Below are positions 1-10,546 of a DNA stretch of 64,000 nt, one piece after another (positions within the stretch are counted from its first letter, which is position 1; each line of letters opens with the position of its first letter). Both the position numbers and the translations under genes were made by a program. The notes below the pieces were generated by a model. It did not search any database and had not been told where the DNA came from. It worked only from the letters and a program-made list of their open reading frames with translations. The DNA is from Epithemia pelagica (taxonomy: Eukaryota > Protista > Bacillariophyta): contig OX337242.1 in NCBI GenBank assembly GCA_946965045.2, positions 434,001-498,000 of the forward strand. Direction: 5' to 3'.

Positions 1-419
1 GTGCTTGAATTTACTATAGCAAAGGCCTCCTTGTCATGCAGTCAAATATACGGATCCTGTCGTAAGCAACAAAAGTCAAGTCACTATTCAAAAGGTAACC
101 CCATAGTTTGGGTCCTACTCCCCCTCCAGACTCCAGCCATACCTGTGGGATCTTTTGGAAAAATACGGAAGAAAATTGGGGTTTTCTCGCAGTGCGAACA
201 GCGGAATTCGTTGGAGTTTTCGTGAATAACGCAGAGCTTGCAGCAATCCGGATATCACCTGCCGTATCACTGTTATCGGGGCGGACTCTGCGAAATCGCT
301 CCCTCAACCCGAAAGGAGTGGAGACCAACACGCACGAAGAGACTCTGTTGCACCCTAGGATATCGTCGAGCTCTCGAAAGATGGCATCGCTACGAGTAGT
401 CATTGTAGTGCCGAGCTCT

Positions 420-590
420 CCAGTGCCTTTCGCCCCTTGCAGTAAGAGAAGGTACGAGGAAGAAGTCAGTGTACCAGTGCCTTTCGGTCCTTGCAGTAAG
501 AAAAGGAAGGAGGAAGAAGTCAGTGTACCAGTGCCTTTCGCCCCTTGCAGTAAGAAAAGGAATGAGGAAGAAGTCAGTGGACCAGTGAGC
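420..590 (+). repeat. 54-bp coding tandem repeat, about 3.2 copies (PVPFAPCSKKRxEEEVSV)
   Basis: Units start at 420, 474, 528 and 582 (partial): ccagtgcctttcgccccttgcagtaaga...gaagaagtcagtgta. Confidence 0.95.
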
Positions 591-685
591 TCTCAAGAGT
601 CTCTTGGCAACAAAAAGAGGAATTAGGACCAAGTCACGTCCCCTTGGGACTCTCAAAAGGCTCTGTGTGAACGAAGGAGGAGAAC

Positions 686-1170
686 AAAGCCACGACCTCT
701 TGGGGCTGTCGAATGGAATTGCCGGAAAAGAAGGAGGAGAGCAAAGCCACGACCTCTTGGGGCTGTCGAAAGGTTTCGCCTGAAGAGAAGGAGAAGAGCA
801 AAGTCATGAGCTCTTGGGGCTGTGGCAAGGAATTGCCGGAAAAGAAGGAGAAGAGCAAAGTCACGACCTCTTGGGGCTGTCGAAAGGGTTCGCCGGAAGA
901 GAACAAAGCCATGAGCTATTGGGGAAAGGCTTTGCCTGAAAAGAAGGAGAAGATCAAAGTCACGACCTCTTGGGGCTGCCGAAAGGCTTTGCCTGAAGAA
1001 ACGGAGGAGAACAAAGCCATGAGCTCTTGGGGCTATCGAAAGGCTGTACCTGAGAAAAAGAAGGAGCGCCAAGTCACTTCCGCTTGGGGCTTTCGAGTGG
1101 CTCGGTGGGAAGAGAAGGAGAAGAACCAAACCACGGTTCCTTGGGGCGGTCGAAAGGCTGTGTCTCCTGT
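686..1170 (+). repeat. About 57-bp (19-aa) coding tandem repeat, about 9 degenerate copies ([18 protein letters not shown])
   Basis: aaagccacgacctcttggggctgtcgaa recurs at about 686, 743, 801, 858, 906, 957 and 1014, with more degenerate copies to about 1170. Confidence 0.9.
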
Positions 1171-1306
1171 TGGAAACGAAAACAAAGAGTCTTTGTTGTC
1201 CGAAAACAACGAAACGACGGAGGAGGAAGACAACGTTTGCCAATCGGTGAGGTCTCAAGAGACTTATTCGTTCGGCAGTCAGGAACCGAAGAAGAACAGG
1301 TTGGAT

Positions 1307-1597
1307 GGTCCATCCATGGTGTCGTCGTGCTTCCGGTCCCATGACTGTCGACAAGACGGGATCTTGATCAATTGTGGTGGCGACGCTGAGCAGGGCATGG
1401 AGTGGAATTCGAATCACGACTTCTCCACTGGTAATGTTGCGACTGGCGGCTAATCCTCGCACCGGTACCTTGGGGAATTGTTCCACGTTGGCCACGACGG
1501 CATCGACATCGTCGTGCCAATCTTCGTCCGGCAAGGCTTTCATGTAATCCAAATACTCAAAGGTTTGAATTTCCAGCAAGGTTTCAATCCCCAAGAC
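1307..1597 (-). pseudogene. Fragment of a SET-domain (Rubisco LSMT/SETD3-like) methyltransferase N-terminus
   Basis: The minus frame reads [16 protein letters not shown]...[39 protein letters not shown], the typical N-terminal SET motif RGLxAxxxIxxGExxIxIP. Homology stops near 1310 and no catalytic C-terminal SET motifs follow. Confidence 0.7.
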
Positions 1598-2412
1598 TAG
1601 GACCGTTCAAGTTTTCGAAAGTCACTGATCCTAAACGCGGAGGACAAGGTTAGTCCTCTTGTGGAACGTGTCCGTCAACTCGAAGAATGGAAGGAGGGAG
1701 CCATGATTCGTTTGGAACGAAACGAAAGTCTGTTGGAGAAGAACAAGAGCCTGGCAAGCCGATTGAACGAATTACAATACTTGATTCTGGGAGACCAACA
1801 AGAATAATCCTTTATGAGATGCGCGCATGATTGAGACTTCCACCAAGACACGGTATGTATAATCTGTTATAGCCACGACAGATTCATAGTTTTTCAAGTA
1901 GCGAGCCCCGTCGTGGGCGGATTTGCATATATATTCTATTGTACGCCCAGGATGATTGCTGTCTCTTGTGTGTGTCATGAGTTGGATCTGCCTCACAAAC
2001 TACCCAAGCAACAGTTTTGTGGCTGTCACCGCGGCTGGTTCGGTTGCACGTGACAAGGATCCAGAAAGGAAGCACAATGGTCCTGGGAGTGACACAACAG
2101 CGCCATGGGGAGTGGACCGAAACGATACAACATTGACCGTCTCGGTCCCTATCGCGTATATCGGATCTGCATCCTAACGATGTACTACTAAACGATTGAA
2201 AACATACAATCTACGAAAAGGACCGATACAGGCGGAATGGCAATTCGGGCACCACTGTTCCTAAGGCCGTCAAGATTGCCTAGGCTGGCCAAAGTATTGA
2301 ACTGTATAGATTGTGTCGACGTATGTGGACCTCCGAGGATTCCCTCTGGTCGTGCGTTCTTCCAAATATAAAGTGTTGTACAAGAATTGTGGTTGTTGGC
2401 GTGTGGTGTCCG

Positions 2413-3039
2413 TTATACATTGAAGGACTCTCCACATCCACATTGTCCTTTGCTATTGGGATTGTGAAAGGTGAATTCACTGGTTAATTCGGTTTCTTCC
2501 CAATCCATTTGCGTTCCCACAATATTAAAGAGTGCCACGGGTTCAATCCAAATGCGCACGCCTTGCGGGGAGGTCATGGCAATGTCCTGGTCGGGTACCT
2601 CCTGGGCATAATTCAAGGTGTAAGAGAGGCCATTGCATCCCCGTCGTCGGACACCCAATCGAATGCCCAAGGCGGATGGTTGATTGGAAATCAATTCCTT
2701 GATACGTTCGGCCGCACGATCGGTCAAGGAAATGGGATCCTTGTCCATATCGTCCAATCGTAATTTTCGACGAGGCTTTTTCGGTTTGCTGCTCGAGGCC
2801 GTTGTCGTTTCCTTCTCTTGTTTCACATCCATTGACTCTTCCGCTGGATCCGTCGTAGAAACCATGGACGAGAACGACATTCTCTGGTTGTTCTTGTGAG
2901 TGGCCGGGTTGCCAACAGTCAATCGTAAAACTGGAACAGGTATTCTTGTGTTGTTGTTTGCCGCCACCGCAATCGTCCTCCGCAACGATCCTCTCGTCAA
3001 GGCTACCATGGCTTGCGGCTTGAGTGCACTGGTAATCAT
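2413..3039 (-). CDS. iscA: A-type iron-sulfur cluster assembly protein IscA/Isa1 (HesB family), probably mitochondrial
   Basis: LTDRAAERIKEL...GIRLGVRRRGCNGLSYTLNY...FHNPNSKGQCGCGESFNV contains the three conserved Cys. The N-terminal extension is basic and Ser/Thr-rich, like a presequence. Confidence 0.97.
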   Translation of the reverse strand: MITSALKPQAMVALTRGSLRRTIAVAANNNTRIPVPVLRLTVGNPATHKNNQRMSFSSMVSTTDPAEESMDVKQEKETTTASSSKPKKPRRKLRLDDMDKDPISLTDRAAERIKELISNQPSALGIRLGVRRRGCNGLSYTLNYAQEVPDQDIAMTSPQGVRIWIEPVALFNIVGTQMDWEETELTSEFTFHNPNSKGQCGCGESFNV

Positions 3040-3470
3040 TGTTGTGCTCTACTCGTTTCTTGTGTGGTTGTCCTCTGTGTTTCTCTTATTATCCTCTCGC
3101 CTTTCTGCTGGTCCTTGTCGTCATGGCCGACGAGTGTGTGTGATGATTGGCGATGGAGAGACAGAAAGAAGGGAGACAGAATGTGACATTTTCACTCCCG
3201 GTAGTGACGTGGGCATATGTCGCGTCCGTCCAGACTTGAACCGACAGTATGGAACTGTGTCGGTTCATGGGTCGACTTGCACGCAGGACGCAGGACCCGT
3301 ACCGCGCACACGAGACGACAACCACACTTTTTCGCGTTGGATCTTTGTTCTACCAGTTGCTTGCTGCGCTGGCGTGGATACCAGGCCACAATAACAATAG
3401 ACCTTGCTCGCTGCTTCTCATCGTCATCCCCTCTGATTCTGATTGATGCAAAGATAGCAAACTCATAAAA

Positions 3471-4575
3471 ATGCCGGACGTTGAATCCAAAGAAGACACT
3501 ACCACCACCACAGACAAGGCAGTCGAACCTCCCGTCACGAAACAAGCCAAACTCATGAATTCGTTTCCCCAAGCACCTCCCGAAGAATGGCCGCAAGCCT
3601 GGTTGTTGCCCGAGACGGTACAAGATCAATGTTTGGAAAATCACTTGTCCCCCGACGTGCCTGTGACGGTGGACGAATTGAAAGAATTGGGCATTGCCTA
3701 TTGGAAAATGGATGCCGAATCCTTTGACTATCCCGTCAAGGCTGTCCCCTGGGATCCCAAAGATGCCATGGATCCCAAACTCAAGGCGCTCCGAGATGAT
3801 CGTGGATACAGGTAAAAAAATATTGGATCCAGTGATTCTGCTGTTTTGGACGACCAAACGCGCAGTGTCTCACTTTCTAATTTCTCTTGTTGTTCTTGTA
3901 TCGGTTTCCTTCTCGTTGGCCTGTTTCTCTCATTTTATTATTTCTACTACAATATAGCTACGCGGATATTATTACCATTCATCCGGATCATTTGCCCGAA
4001 TTTGAAAAAAAGATTGCCATGTTTTTTGAAGAACACATTCACGACGCCGAAGAGATTCGTTACATCTTGGGTGGCAGTGGGTTCTTTGATGTCCGCAATC
4101 TCCAGGACCAATGGGTCCGGATTCATGTCAAGCAAGGCGATCTCATGACCTTGCCGGAAGGTACGTAGGTTGTTGGATTGGACGACGACAACAATGGCTC
4201 GTGTGTTGTTGTGGCATGTCTCGTCGCTGGAGGACTCACCCGGATGTTTTCCTTGTCTTCATTGTGTTGTTTGTTGTGGTGGTGGTGCTGTATAGGAATT
4301 TACCATCGCTTTACCTGCGACGAAAAGCGCATTATTCATGCCATGCGTCTCTTTATTGGACAGCCCGTATGGACCCCGTTCAAGTACGTATGACACCCAC
4401 GAATGGAGATTGGTTCTTAACAAACACACTCACATGATTCTCCCTGGTTGTTGTTTTTGTTTTTTGTCATTTTCTACCTAGTCGTCCACAAGAAGAACAT
4501 CCGTCGCGCAAGGCCTATGTCAGTGCCTATTTGGAAAAGACGACGGAAGAAGCCAAGACCCAAGAAGAAAAGTAA
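3471..4575 (+). CDS. ADI1: Acireductone dioxygenase (ARD/Adi1, methionine salvage), 4 exons: 3471-3811, 3958-4160, 4296-4383, 4482-4575
   Basis: Three GT-AG introns restore GYSYADII...[25 protein letters not shown]...[15 protein letters not shown]...[17 protein letters not shown], the cupin with the H-x-H, E and H metal ligands. Confidence 0.96.
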
Positions 4576-5264
4576 TGCGACACAAACGACTGGACTTGGA
4601 TGTTGACATGGTGGTGTCGTAGTTTCACTTTGCTCTCGTAGGATTCATCCATTCATGCGATGGACCGAGCCATGGAGGAGGGAAAGGGCACATCTTTGGT
4701 ACACGAACAGAATAGAGCTAATTCCACCCTCATGGTATTTCTACTCTACCTAGATGTATAAGAAGAACTCAATGTGTCATTCTCAAAGTGGAAGATGATA
4801 TGGAATCGCCCCGCTAGCTGGAGTCTTAGAGGAACGTCCATCCATTAACATAGACACGGTAGGTCGAACTTCCATATGAAGCGCGACCGATCAACAGCGT
4901 GACCGACCGGGTGCGCGATTGATGATTGACGCGTTGTCTCACTGCAACAACAGACCCCGTGACCAAACGAATTCTTATGCGGAAGTGAGACCTTCTTGTG
5001 CTGGAGAGACTGGAGGAAGAAGTGTCAGAGCAACAAGAACAAGCAATAGTACAAGAACACAAGACGAATAGAAGCAGAAACTCTTGGATATAGAGAGGGA
5101 GAAACAGCAACGACACGATTTTGGCAATGATCCACAGCAATACGAGTGCCAACGCCAGAACGACAATCCGAAGCACCCGTGTTGTTGTTGGAGTGTGATT
5201 GTACTTTGACTGGCTTGTTGTTCGATTCGTAGAGTGTTGCACGTTGCACCACGCCGACTCGACC

Positions 5265-8200
5265 ATGGCACGAATGCCTGTCCCAACCAACAACGTGTGG
5301 CAACCGCTGGAAGATTTGGAACGACCCTTCCTTTGTACGGTCCGCCGGTTCGAATGGACGACGCCACAACAGGAACAATACGTGTTTGTTCTCGCGCTGT
5401 TGCTTGTCTTGATTCGGCGTGGTTGGTACCAATGGTTGTTTGTTGGGAACAACAAGAACAACAACAAGAGAACGCACCAGAAATATGCTGCCGCCATGAC
5501 TCATGATGATGCTGATGAGAATAGTACAGAACCAATCATGGTGTCTTCCAAGTCAAGCGATCGACATCATCCACAACAACAACAAGTCTTGCATCCCCCG
5601 GTGTACGCCTGGTTTCCCATGCAAGTGGATGGAGAATGGTTCTATAATGCCCCACAAGTTCCCGAAAAAGATGATGATGATGCTGATGACAGGATTGTCA
5701 CTCCAGAATCGACACGAGATTCGGACATGGGTCCTCCTCTACTTGCACACAATCACGGCACCAGCAAAAATGTACGAACTCAATCACAAAAGGAACCCAC
5801 TACACAGATTGCGACCATCAATCCAGCCCCAGCCTCTCTTACCGATCCAACAACAACAACAAGGACGCTGCAAGAACCGTCAGTTGTTTCAACGACCCAT
5901 GAGGTGGATTCGCGTAGCTCCACTCCGGAATCTCATACCACCACCACCACATCAGCATCCTCCTCTTCGTCGTCGTCGTCTTCCTCCTCCGCATCTCCAC
6001 CATCACCCCCCAAACCAACGACTCCTCCTCCTCCACCAAGCCTTCCTCACGATTTGACCGTCTTGATTTGTTCGGGAAATTTGGGCAATGCCGAACCTAC
6101 CTTGGACGATTTGGCCAGTTGGATCCCCATTCAAGGACGACACATGCAAGACTGGAATTCCAACAACAACGCGGACAGCCACAACAACAACAACCAAAAG
6201 ACGACGACGGCTGTGGAGTGTTTTGATATCATTGCCATTGGCATGCAAGAAGCAACGTGGAATGCGTCCAAAAAACAACCCTCTTCCACAATTCATCCAA
6301 ATACCTCTACTTCTACTACTACTAATACTGCAAGCGAACCACCACCACCACTTGCTCGATCGTCAACATCATTGGCCTTTGTCAAGGATACCGATTTGTT
6401 GCGTCAATCCTTGGCCACGATTTTGGGCCCCGACTATGTGTGTCAATCGGCGCAACAACGCGGACAAATGCGTCTCTGGATTTATGTGCATGGTCGACAA
6501 GTGGCGCACATTTCTCGGATTCAAACCACCTGTGTCAATACGGGAGTGGCTGGTGTCTTGGCCAACAAGGGCGGCATTGTCACGAGTTTGACCTACCGCG
6601 AAACGACGCAATGTACCTTTTGTTCGGTCCATTTGGCCGCCCATGCTGGATCCGTCTATTACACGGCACGATGCAATGATTTGCAAGATATCTTTCAAGC
6701 CACAACCTTGCCCAGTAACAGTGTCGGTACCAACAACAACAATCCTCCGCACAGCAGCAACCACAATGGGGTCCTCTCGTCGTCGTCGCCGTCCATGACA
6801 TCCAAACAACGCCCGAGTCGTAGCTGTCGTTCCAGACATGCCGACAGTCCAATTGGATCCTTTCTGCCATCTAGTCCACAAGGAATTGATGTCACCTTGA
6901 CCAGTCATTATACCTTTTTGTTGGGAGACTTGAATTTTCGAACTCACTTTCCAACCACCGACCAAGCGACCACAAGCAGTAACAGTAGCAGTACGAGCAA
7001 CAAGAAGAATAGCAAGGATGCCTTGTCGCAAGTGTTTTCCTTGATTCGGAATGGAGATTTCCAAACCCTCTATTACGAACATGATGAATTGTATGCCGGT
7101 ATGCAAAACAAGGATCTCTTGGTGGACTTTTGCGAAACCCTGCCGTGTCTGTTTCCACCCACCTTCAAGGTGTATCGTGGTGTGTCCGGTCTCGTGTACA
7201 AGGGCAAACGCATTCCCAGTTATACCGATCGCATCTTGTACAAATCCGCCTTGGCGTCCACCGCAACCGCCACAACAACGTCGTCGTCGTCGTCGTCCAC
7301 TACGACGGCCGTACCACCCCCCACACCACCGCCTCAACTCATTCGACCACTCTTGTACGAACCTTGTTTGGACTTTAGTTCGTCGGATCACAAACCCGTT
7401 CGAGGTGCCTTTGCCCTCACCTCCAATGCTGCCGTGGCCGCAGTGGCTCACCAAGCGCTTCGTCGCCGGAACCACCAGCGAACCACCACCACTAGTACTC
7501 CTGCACCAGGCACGACGACGACGACAACGACCATCCCCCGAACCCGACTGCGACGACCGACCTGTTCCTACCACTTTACCTTTCGCAACATGTCCTGCAC
7601 TCAGTTACCCGTCATGGACGTTACCTGGAGTTCCGATCCCTATATCATGATTACCTGGAATTACATTCGCATGTTTTCCAATCCCTCCATGAACCATTCC
7701 GACCAGAACAACAGCAACAACGTCAAGAGCCGGCCACCCAAACATCAAGGAGTCATGAAATGGAGTCCAGGATCCAATCCAGCCTGGCCCCATACACCCT
7801 ACAAATCCCGGACGCTCTGTCCCCGGTTTGAAGGTTCGGAACTTTCCCTTTGCTGCAATGGACCTCTGGTGGGTACCGAAGCCATGATGTATGTGACGGT
7901 CATGGATTTTGATATGGTCAATCGTGACGATTGGATTGGAACCGTCCCCTTGAACATTTGTCATGTGCTCCATCAAGCCGCCCGTGCTTCCGTGACGGCC
8001 CATACTCCCACGTCGACCACCCGGACGTTGGAGTTTGACGTCCCCTTGCTCAAAAACGCCAAGTATTCCAATGAGGCACGCATGCAATTCACCTTGGACA
8101 TTGAACAATCCGATTTGCCCGTTCCGATTCCCATGATGACGGGACGTTTGTCCTTTTCGCGATCACTGCCATATTCGTCGTCCTCCTCCTCCATGTCATC

Positions 8201-8519
8201 CTGGCTAGGACCATGGATGACACGGTCCAAAAGTTCCTACAACCCTTTTCCTTCAAACTCTCGTTGGTGGAATCGTACCCAGGCGCCTAGGGTTCCCCGT
8301 ACGGACACCAACACCATGACTCGAGCAGAGACAACGACAGGATTGTCCCATCCCGACAAGGATCACGAGAACTTTCTACCGGATACGGGTGTCGCTACGG
8401 TCCCTACACTTCATGATCATCATCATCATGACGAACCATACGAATCATCGTCGGCTTTGACCGAGTCGAAACGACGCTGGTATTGGCCTTCTTTTGGAAA
8501 AGGGGGAGGAGGAGGTTGA
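5265..8519 (+). CDS. Inositol polyphosphate 5-phosphatase with N-terminal TM segment and C-terminal C2 domain
   Basis: IPPc motifs GNLGN, DIIAIGMQEA, ANKGG, VHLAAH, LLGDLNFR, PPTFK, RIPSYTDRILY and SDHKPV. C2 motifs MDVTWSSDPYI and MDFDMVNRDDWIG. First in-frame ATG is at 5265. Confidence 0.93.
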   Translation: MARMPVPTNNVWQPLEDLERPFLCTVRRFEWTTPQQEQYVFVLALLLVLIRRGWYQWLFVGNNKNNNKRTHQKYAAAMTHDDADENSTEPIMVSSKSSDRHHPQQQQVLHPPVYAWFPMQVDGEWFYNAPQVPEKDDDDADDRIVTPESTRDSDMGPPLLAHNHGTSKNVRTQSQKEPTTQIATINPAPASLTDPTTTTRTLQEPSVVSTTHEVDSRSSTPESHTTTTTSASSSSSSSSSSSASPPSPPKPTTPPPPPSLPHDLTVLICSGNLGNAEPTLDDLASWIPIQGRHMQDWNSNNNADSHNNNNQKTTTAVECFDIIAIGMQEATWNASKKQPSSTIHPNTSTSTTTNTASEPPPPLARSSTSLAFVKDTDLLRQSLATILGPDYVCQSAQQRGQMRLWIYVHGRQVAHISRIQTTCVNTGVAGVLANKGGIVTSLTYRETTQCTFCSVHLAAHAGSVYYTARCNDLQDIFQATTLPSNSVGTNNNNPPHSSNHNGVLSSSSPSMTSKQRPSRSCRSRHADSPIGSFLPSSPQGIDVTLTSHYTFLLGDLNFRTHFPTTDQATTSSNSSSTSNKKNSKDALSQVFSLIRNGDFQTLYYEHDELYAGMQNKDLLVDFCETLPCLFPPTFKVYRGVSGLVYKGKRIPSYTDRILYKSALASTATATTTSSSSSSTTTAVPPPTPPPQLIRPLLYEPCLDFSSSDHKPVRGAFALTSNAAVAAVAHQALRRRNHQRTTTTSTPAPGTTTTTTTIPRTRLRRPTCSYHFTFRNMSCTQLPVMDVTWSSDPYIMITWNYIRMFSNPSMNHSDQNNSNNVKSRPPKHQGVMKWSPGSNPAWPHTPYKSRTLCPRFEGSELSLCCNGPLVGTEAMMYVTVMDFDMVNRDDWIGTVPLNICHVLHQAARASVTAHTPTSTTRTLEFDVPLLKNAKYSNEARMQFTLDIEQSDLPVPIPMMTGRLSFSRSLPYSSSSSSMSSWLGPWMTRSKSSYNPFPSNSRWWNRTQAPRVPRTDTNTMTRAETTTGLSHPDKDHENFLPDTGVATVPTLHDHHHHDEPYESSSALTESKRRWYWPSFGKGGGGG

Positions 8520-9175
8520 ACCAGAACGACGAGACGCAGGCACGCACACGCCATGGATTGAGACCACAACCAACGCCTCCCATGAAACCACTGCGTCCTC
8601 TGTGTTGGTTTGTGGAGCAGAATCGTTTTCGTGTGATTGGATACTGTACCACGTACAAGAGTTATGTCGGCAAAGTGAATGAAACAGTGCCATGTTTGGC
8701 GCATGTGGTGGTGTGGCATCCAGACGGAACGGAATGTTGATAATGATATGGCTGTATCTGTACGCGATATCATCTACCTATCTCCGTACTCTGTGTTGTG
8801 TGGAGAACGATGGACTGATCGATCCGAAAATCGGATCGTCTCTTCTCATTGTCAAAGTACTCCTAGATAGAACTGTGTACTGGGAACGGTTCTTTGCCGA
8901 ATATCGAGCGAAATCTACCCTGTCTATGTGTAGATTCCTTCTACAAGCGCGACCAGGCGCATTCTTTCTTGAGCACAACTCCGAAAAAGATGCGCGACTG
9001 GAAGTCCATCCAAGAACATCATCGATCATCGTTTGTCTCGAGTGAGATCGGGAGTGTCGTCATTTGTCGTCATGGATGCCGATCTTTCGCTCCAAGGAGA
9101 CATCACGTTGATGGTATCATAAAATCAAACACAACAACAACAACTACTACTATATTTCTACAAAATCGTTTCACC

Positions 9176-9710
9176 ATGCAACTTGTCGCACCTCTTCGTC
9201 GATTGTCGTCCACACTGGGAGCTGCCCTATCGACTGCCACTTCGTCTCGCGCTTTCATCTTTGCTTCTTCTTCTTCTTCGGCATTTACATCAACAGCCTT
9301 GTTGGCTTCGTCCTCCTCTTCGTCTTCGACCACATTGACAAACGATTCGCAAACAACAACATCTACACAAGATTCGTATGTTCCGCCAAAGGTATGGGAG
9401 TGGGATGGGGTTACCACCTCCACCATGAACCGACCAACCGCTGGTCCTCGCAGGGACCAACCATTACCACCCAAGGGCAAGCACGATTTGCAATTGTACA
9501 GTTTGGCCACGCCCAATGGTCAAAAGGTGACAATCATGTTGGAGGAATTGTTGGCGGCGGGTTATGACCAAGCGGAGTACGATGCTCATTTGATCCGAAT
9601 CATGGAACAAGATCAATTCGGCGGTGGATTTGTCGAGGTCAATCCCAATTCCAAAATACCCGCCCTGCTGGATTATCGTCCCGAAACTGAGCTGTCATCC
9701 ACCAACGACG

Positions 9711-9761
<51 letters not shown>

Positions 9762-10313
9762 CCGGTTCGAGTGTTTGAATCGGGAAGCATTTTGTTGTAC
9801 TTGGCGGAAAAGTTTGATCAAGCCTTTTTGCCGCGTGACAAACGCACCCAAGTCTTGAATTGGTTGTTTTGGCAAGTTGGATCGGCACCCTTTGTGGGTG
9901 GCGGGTTTGGTCACTTTTATTCCTCCGCTCCCGTCCAGTTGGAATATCCCATTGATCGATTTACCATGGAAACCAAACGTCACTTGGACGTCTTGAATCG
10001 ACACTTGGCCGATGGACGATTGTACATGGCGGGAGAGGACTATACGATTGCCGACATGGCCATTTTTCCGTGATACGGAGGCTTGGTCTTGGGGAATTTT
10101 TATGGAAATGCCGCCACCTTTTTAAATGTCGACCAGGACTATCCGCACGTGGTGGCCTGGGCCCATCGCATGGCACAACGTCCGGCCGTGATTCGGGGAC
10201 GGCTCGTCAATAAGGTATGGGGCGATGGACCGCAATTGTCAGAACGACATGAGGCCTCGGATATTGATCAAGCCTTGCAATCCGGACAAAAAGAAGAGAA
10301 GGAGGAAGAATAA
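9176..10313 (+). pseudogene. yghU: YghU-like (Nu-class) glutathione S-transferase with a frameshift near 9697-9710 and an in-frame TGA at 10071-10073
   Basis: YVPPKVWEW...NRPTAGP...GKHDLQLYSLATPNGQKVTIMLEELL...EVNPNSKIPALLD, then in the next frame PVRVFESGSILLYLAEKF...GGGFGHFY...YTIADMAIFP*YGGLVLG...RPAVIRGRLVN...QLSERHEASD. This is colinear with E. coli YghU; the TGA falls at the conserved Trp of AIxPW. Confidence 0.9.
9713..9760 (+). repeat. (AAC)16 microsatellite inside the GST coding region
   Basis: Direct inspection of the sequence. Confidence 0.97.
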
Positions 10314-10546
10314 TCCACCTTCCAGAGTCGTCAGATGTTTTATACCACGCACCCATTTGCTCCTACCTATAGGTAGGTTCACACAAAGTGAATGCGCAAC
10401 TGCTTGCGGTTTGCCACCAATGGCCTCGAATGGATGTGTGTGTACGATATAGAAGACAACGAGTCTACAGATGCATATAGTAAGCCATAGACCCTTTTAC
10501 TAGAAACGAAAGTCTACTAGGAATACAGCAGTATCAATTTTTTTCC

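Larger units (their letters stand above)
381..1807 (+). pseudogene. Disrupted tandem-repeat protein with C-terminal coiled coil (in-frame TAG 624-626, 1-nt deletion near 670, inverted SET-gene insert about 1307-1600)
   Basis: The frame from ATG 381 continues past TAG 624 as [15 protein letters not shown], which matches the downstream repeat consensus. One missing A near 670 switches to the 713..1453 frame. The same frame resumes at 1601 ([33 protein letters not shown]...LNELQYLILGDQQE) and ends at TAA 1805-1807. Confidence 0.6.

Noticed and set aside
420-1170. Regularly spaced repeats as a CRISPR array
   Set aside because: The units are contiguous, codon-length multiples and degenerate, with no unique spacers. 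They encode peptide repeats, the context is eukaryotic and there are no cas genes.
653-1306. C-terminal part of the 653..1594 minus ORF as a real SET-protein continuation
   Set aside because: Beyond about 1310 it is just the antisense of the plus-strand repeat array, with no SET catalytic motifs.
6369-7574. 401-aa minus-strand ORF
   Set aside because: Antisense shadow of the 5-phosphatase CDS, with no motifs.
8692-9045. Short ORFs between the 5-phosphatase and the GST
   Set aside because: No motif support and consistent with random intergenic ORFs.
9694-9771. An intron explaining the GST frame change
   Set aside because: The GT-AG pair tested (9694/9771) gives an immediate stop and removes the conserved PVR residues.
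10071-10073. UGA-to-Trp recoding or selenocysteine in the GST
   Set aside because: TGG is used for Trp throughout and TGA terminates several intact genes (8519, 33641, 51099, 60397). The homologous residue is Trp rather than Cys, and a separate frameshift points to ordinary decay or error.
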